DNA of 38,902 nucleotides from assembly GCA_041689715.1 (NCBI GenBank), contig JBDNFQ010000213.1, positions 1 to 38,902 on the forward strand. The letters are read 5' to 3'. The position numbers were made by a program, and so were the translations under genes. Below, piece after piece: positions 36,716-38,902 of the stretch (position 1 is its first letter; each line of letters begins with the position of its first letter). The DNA comes from Bacteroidia bacterium. GTDB taxonomy: Bacteria > Bacteroidota > Bacteroidia > NS11-12g > UBA9320. The notes beneath the pieces are model-generated. The model was given only the letters and a program-made list of their open reading frames with translations. It made no database searches and was not told the DNA's origin.

Positions 36716-38902
36716 GCCTTTAGCATTCTTAGCTGTGCCATCGCATCCTCTGTAGTAGATGGTGTAGAGGTATGGCACTACTGGTACTTTAGCTCCTCTG
36801 TAGTAACCATCCCAACTTGTTAGATTAGATTCTCTAGAGTCGAATACTTTCTCGCCCCATCTAGAATATATTGTGATAAAGTATCCAGGTTGTAAAACAG
36901 GGTTTTTGTATGGAAAAAGTTCGTTCAACCCGTCTTCGTTTGGGGTAAATGCATTAGGCAAGTACAGTTCATTTGGCAAAGCCTCTGGATCTACAGTTAG
37001 CAACAGGCTGTCTGCTCCAAAGCATCCATATCCGTCTGTTATTTTAAGTCTATATGTGCCGTCTAAAGCGGCAAGTATTTGTCTAGAAATTTCTTCTGTA
37101 CTCCACTCGTACTCAGCAAAACCTTCTGGGCCAGACAGCAGTGTAGGGGAGTTTATACAGACCGTGGTGTCATCTCCTAAGTCAAATGTGGGAGAGTTTG
37201 AAAAACTAAGTATTACAGAGTCTGTTTTCTCGCATCCGAATCGATCTCCAACGGTAACCTTGTATGTGCCAGGGCTGGTTACTCTAATGCTTCTAGAGTT
37301 AGCACCTGTATTCCAATTATAGGTATCTCCATCTGGTCCAGCATCTAAATTTATATCAAGCTCATCGCAAAAATGAGTATCCACTCCTAGTTCTAAGTTT
37401 ATGATAGGGTTCGTAATGGAAAAGGAGTCCGAGTTTATGCAGTGTCTCTGTGTTACTCTAACCCACTGTATGCCACCTTCAATTATTGTAGTGGCTGAAG
37501 TAGTAGCATTATTAGACCATAGATATTCTCCCTCTTCTATGTCGCCTACATCTACATCGTATCTAAATTCGTTGCAGTAAAAAGCATCTTCTATAAGAGG
37601 TTTAGTTGGCTGCCAAACTCTTGTGGTATCTCTAGCAGAGCAATTGAGATTTCTTACTACCACTGAGTACCTGCCGGGGTCTGTTATTCTTATACTTCTA
37701 GTCGTCTGGGGTGGCACAGTATTCCATTGATAGCTTAAATCTGGTAAGCCTACGTCAAGGTCAAAATCAATATTCTCACAGACGATTGTGTCTGGCAGCA
37801 GACTGAAAGCCGGTACGGGGTCTGAGCTCAGTGTTATAGTATCTGAGTAGCTACATTTACCGTAGGATACGTCGGCAATGTATATTCCTACTTTGTTTAC
37901 TGTAATCCTACTTCCTGTTTGACCATCGCTCCAGTTTACAGATACGGCATCTGGTGTTTTAGTGTCTAAAACCTGGATAAAATCGTTGCAGAATATGATA
38001 TCTCGACCTAGTTCAAAAGATTTAGATGATCGTATACGTACACCATACTTATAATCATCAGTACAGATATCGGAGGTCACTTCTAAAGTTATAGTATAGT
38101 CGCCATTTCCAGGATAAACGTACTCTACTTGGGTGGCCTTGTCATAAGTGGTAAGGGTGTCATTGGTAGTGGTGGGATCTCCGAAATCCCAAAAAAAAGT
38201 GGCTTGAAGTCCCGCTTTTACGATGCTTGTATTTATTACTTTTACAGTATCTCCGCACTCAAAAGAGTATGCTCCACCTACAGTCGTTCCATTAGGTATT
38301 CTATAGTTAGCTAAAATATCGAATTGGCAGTTGATTACACTTATTTGGTAGTCTCTAATTGTCTGTCCTATTAGTTTGCCATTTCTATATTCTTTAACAG
38401 AAATACCAATACTGAATTCACCTATTTGATTCGGAGTTATTGTGATTTCTCCAGTATTAGAATTAATGTTTAAGGACGGAGAACCGGGAATCTGATTTTG
38501 TACATTGAACGAATTTTTCCAGATAGCTTTTCTAAAAGGAGGGGCTTCATATTCTGATTGCTCATCCGGCCGTCGTCTGTTTTCAGGAAAGTCTGCTCCT
38601 CCTAAATAGGGAGTACTGAGACTGTATACTAATGAGTCCCCATCCGGGTCTAAAGCACTATGATTAATTGTAAGAGGAGCGTCAACACACACGTATATGG
38701 GGGGTATTTCCACAAAATAGGGACTGCTGTTAGAGGTAGCTTCAGGAGGTATCTTAGTCCACGCAGTAAATCCTGAGCTGCCTGGATTATTGATATTGTC
38801 AATTTTGTCATTTCTACAGCATCTCTGCCAGCTAAGTATTACTCCACTACTACCAGGATTAATAATACGAATAGTAGAATATAAAGAGGCCTTTACGCAT
38901 AC
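36695..38902 (-). CDS. Large T9SS type-B CTD cargo protein, 5'-partial (reading frame stays open to the window edge)
   Basis: The frame has no stop from 38713 to 38902 (…SWQRCCRNDKIDNINNPGSSG…), so the GTG at 38713 is not the true start. One PKD-like module (FFWDFGDPTTTND...GDYTITLEV). Five tandem ~65-70-aa Cys-bracketed repeats at 36992-38017 (C..-LD.G-...Y.W..G......I.V...G.Y.V.V....C...D). C-terminal LYLPNAFTPNEDGLNELF...IYSRWGEKVF...WDGYYRG...YLYTIYY. Confidence 0.85.
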   Translation of the reverse strand, partial: VCVKASLYSTIRIINPGSSGVILSWQRCCRNDKIDNINNPGSSGFTAWTKIPPEATSNSSPYFVEIPPIYVCVDAPLTINHSALDPDGDSLVYSLSTPYLGGADFPENRRRPDEQSEYEAPPFRKAIWKNSFNVQNQIPGSPSLNINSNTGEITITPNQIGEFSIGISVKEYRNGKLIGQTIRDYQISVINCQFDILANYRIPNGTTVGGAYSFECGDTVKVINTSIVKAGLQATFFWDFGDPTTTNDTLTTYDKATQVEYVYPGNGDYTITLEVTSDICTDDYKYGVRIRSSKSFELGRDIIFCNDFIQVLDTKTPDAVSVNWSDGQTGSRITVNKVGIYIADVSYGKCSYSDTITLSSDPVPAFSLLPDTIVCENIDFDLDVGLPDLSYQWNTVPPQTTRSIRITDPGRYSVVVRNLNCSARDTTRVWQPTKPLIEDAFYCNEFRYDVDVGDIEEGEYLWSNNATTSATTIIEGGIQWVRVTQRHCINSDSFSITNPIINLELGVDTHFCDELDINLDAGPDGDTYNWNTGANSRSIRVTSPGTYKVTVGDRFGCEKTDSVILSFSNSPTFDLGDDTTVCINSPTLLSGPEGFAEYEWSTEEISRQILAALDGTYRLKITDGYGCFGADSLLLTVDPEALPNELYLPNAFTPNEDGLNELFPYKNPVLQPGYFITIYSRWGEKVFDSRESNLTSWDGYYRGAKVPVVPYLYTIYYRGCDGTAKNAKGSVTPLY

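Noticed and set aside
1-38902. Defence systems, prophage, integrative elements, and tRNA or rRNA genes.
   Set aside because: I could recognise no integrase, transposase, restriction-modification, toxin-antitoxin or phage-like genes. I saw no tRNA-like T-arm (GGTTCGAATCC-type) or rRNA signatures on either strand. The window looks like core chromosome plus surface-protein loci.

Overview
This looks like a chromosomal segment from a Bacteroidota genome, probably Flavobacteriia-like. The evidence is the AT-rich sequence, TAnnTTTG-type -7 promoter boxes, bacillithiol genes, and several proteins ending in T9SS 'gliding-motility' type-B C-terminal domains. Most of the window is housekeeping. It holds a lipoprotein plus TonB-dependent receptor pair, a selO-msrA-ytxJ-aldo/keto reductase redox cluster, an ABC-F ATPase, and a selU-selD (tRNA 2-selenouridine) operon. 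It also holds a DUF368-aroE pair, bshA with an NlpC/P60 peptidase, pyrC and a NUDIX hydrolase. A MetH that lacks the homocysteine-binding domain sits directly behind a clear SAM-I riboswitch. The most unusual locus is a tightly packed minus-strand unit at about 23.2-31.6 kb. It runs: small YbjN-like protein, ECF sigma factor, a membrane-anchored anti-sigma-like protein that itself ends in a T9SS type-B sorting domain, then a roughly 2,000-aa PKD-flanked T9SS cargo with a ~1,000-aa uncharacterised core. Other observations are a 518-nt ORF-free gap upstream of selO with interleaved complementary segments, a decayed TonB-C pseudogene, several sub-60-aa candidate ORFs missed by the ORF track, and REP-like intergenic repeats. 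I found no rRNA, tRNA, CRISPR array, transposase, integrase or recognisable defence genes. All calls rest on motif recognition by eye, and no database search was run.
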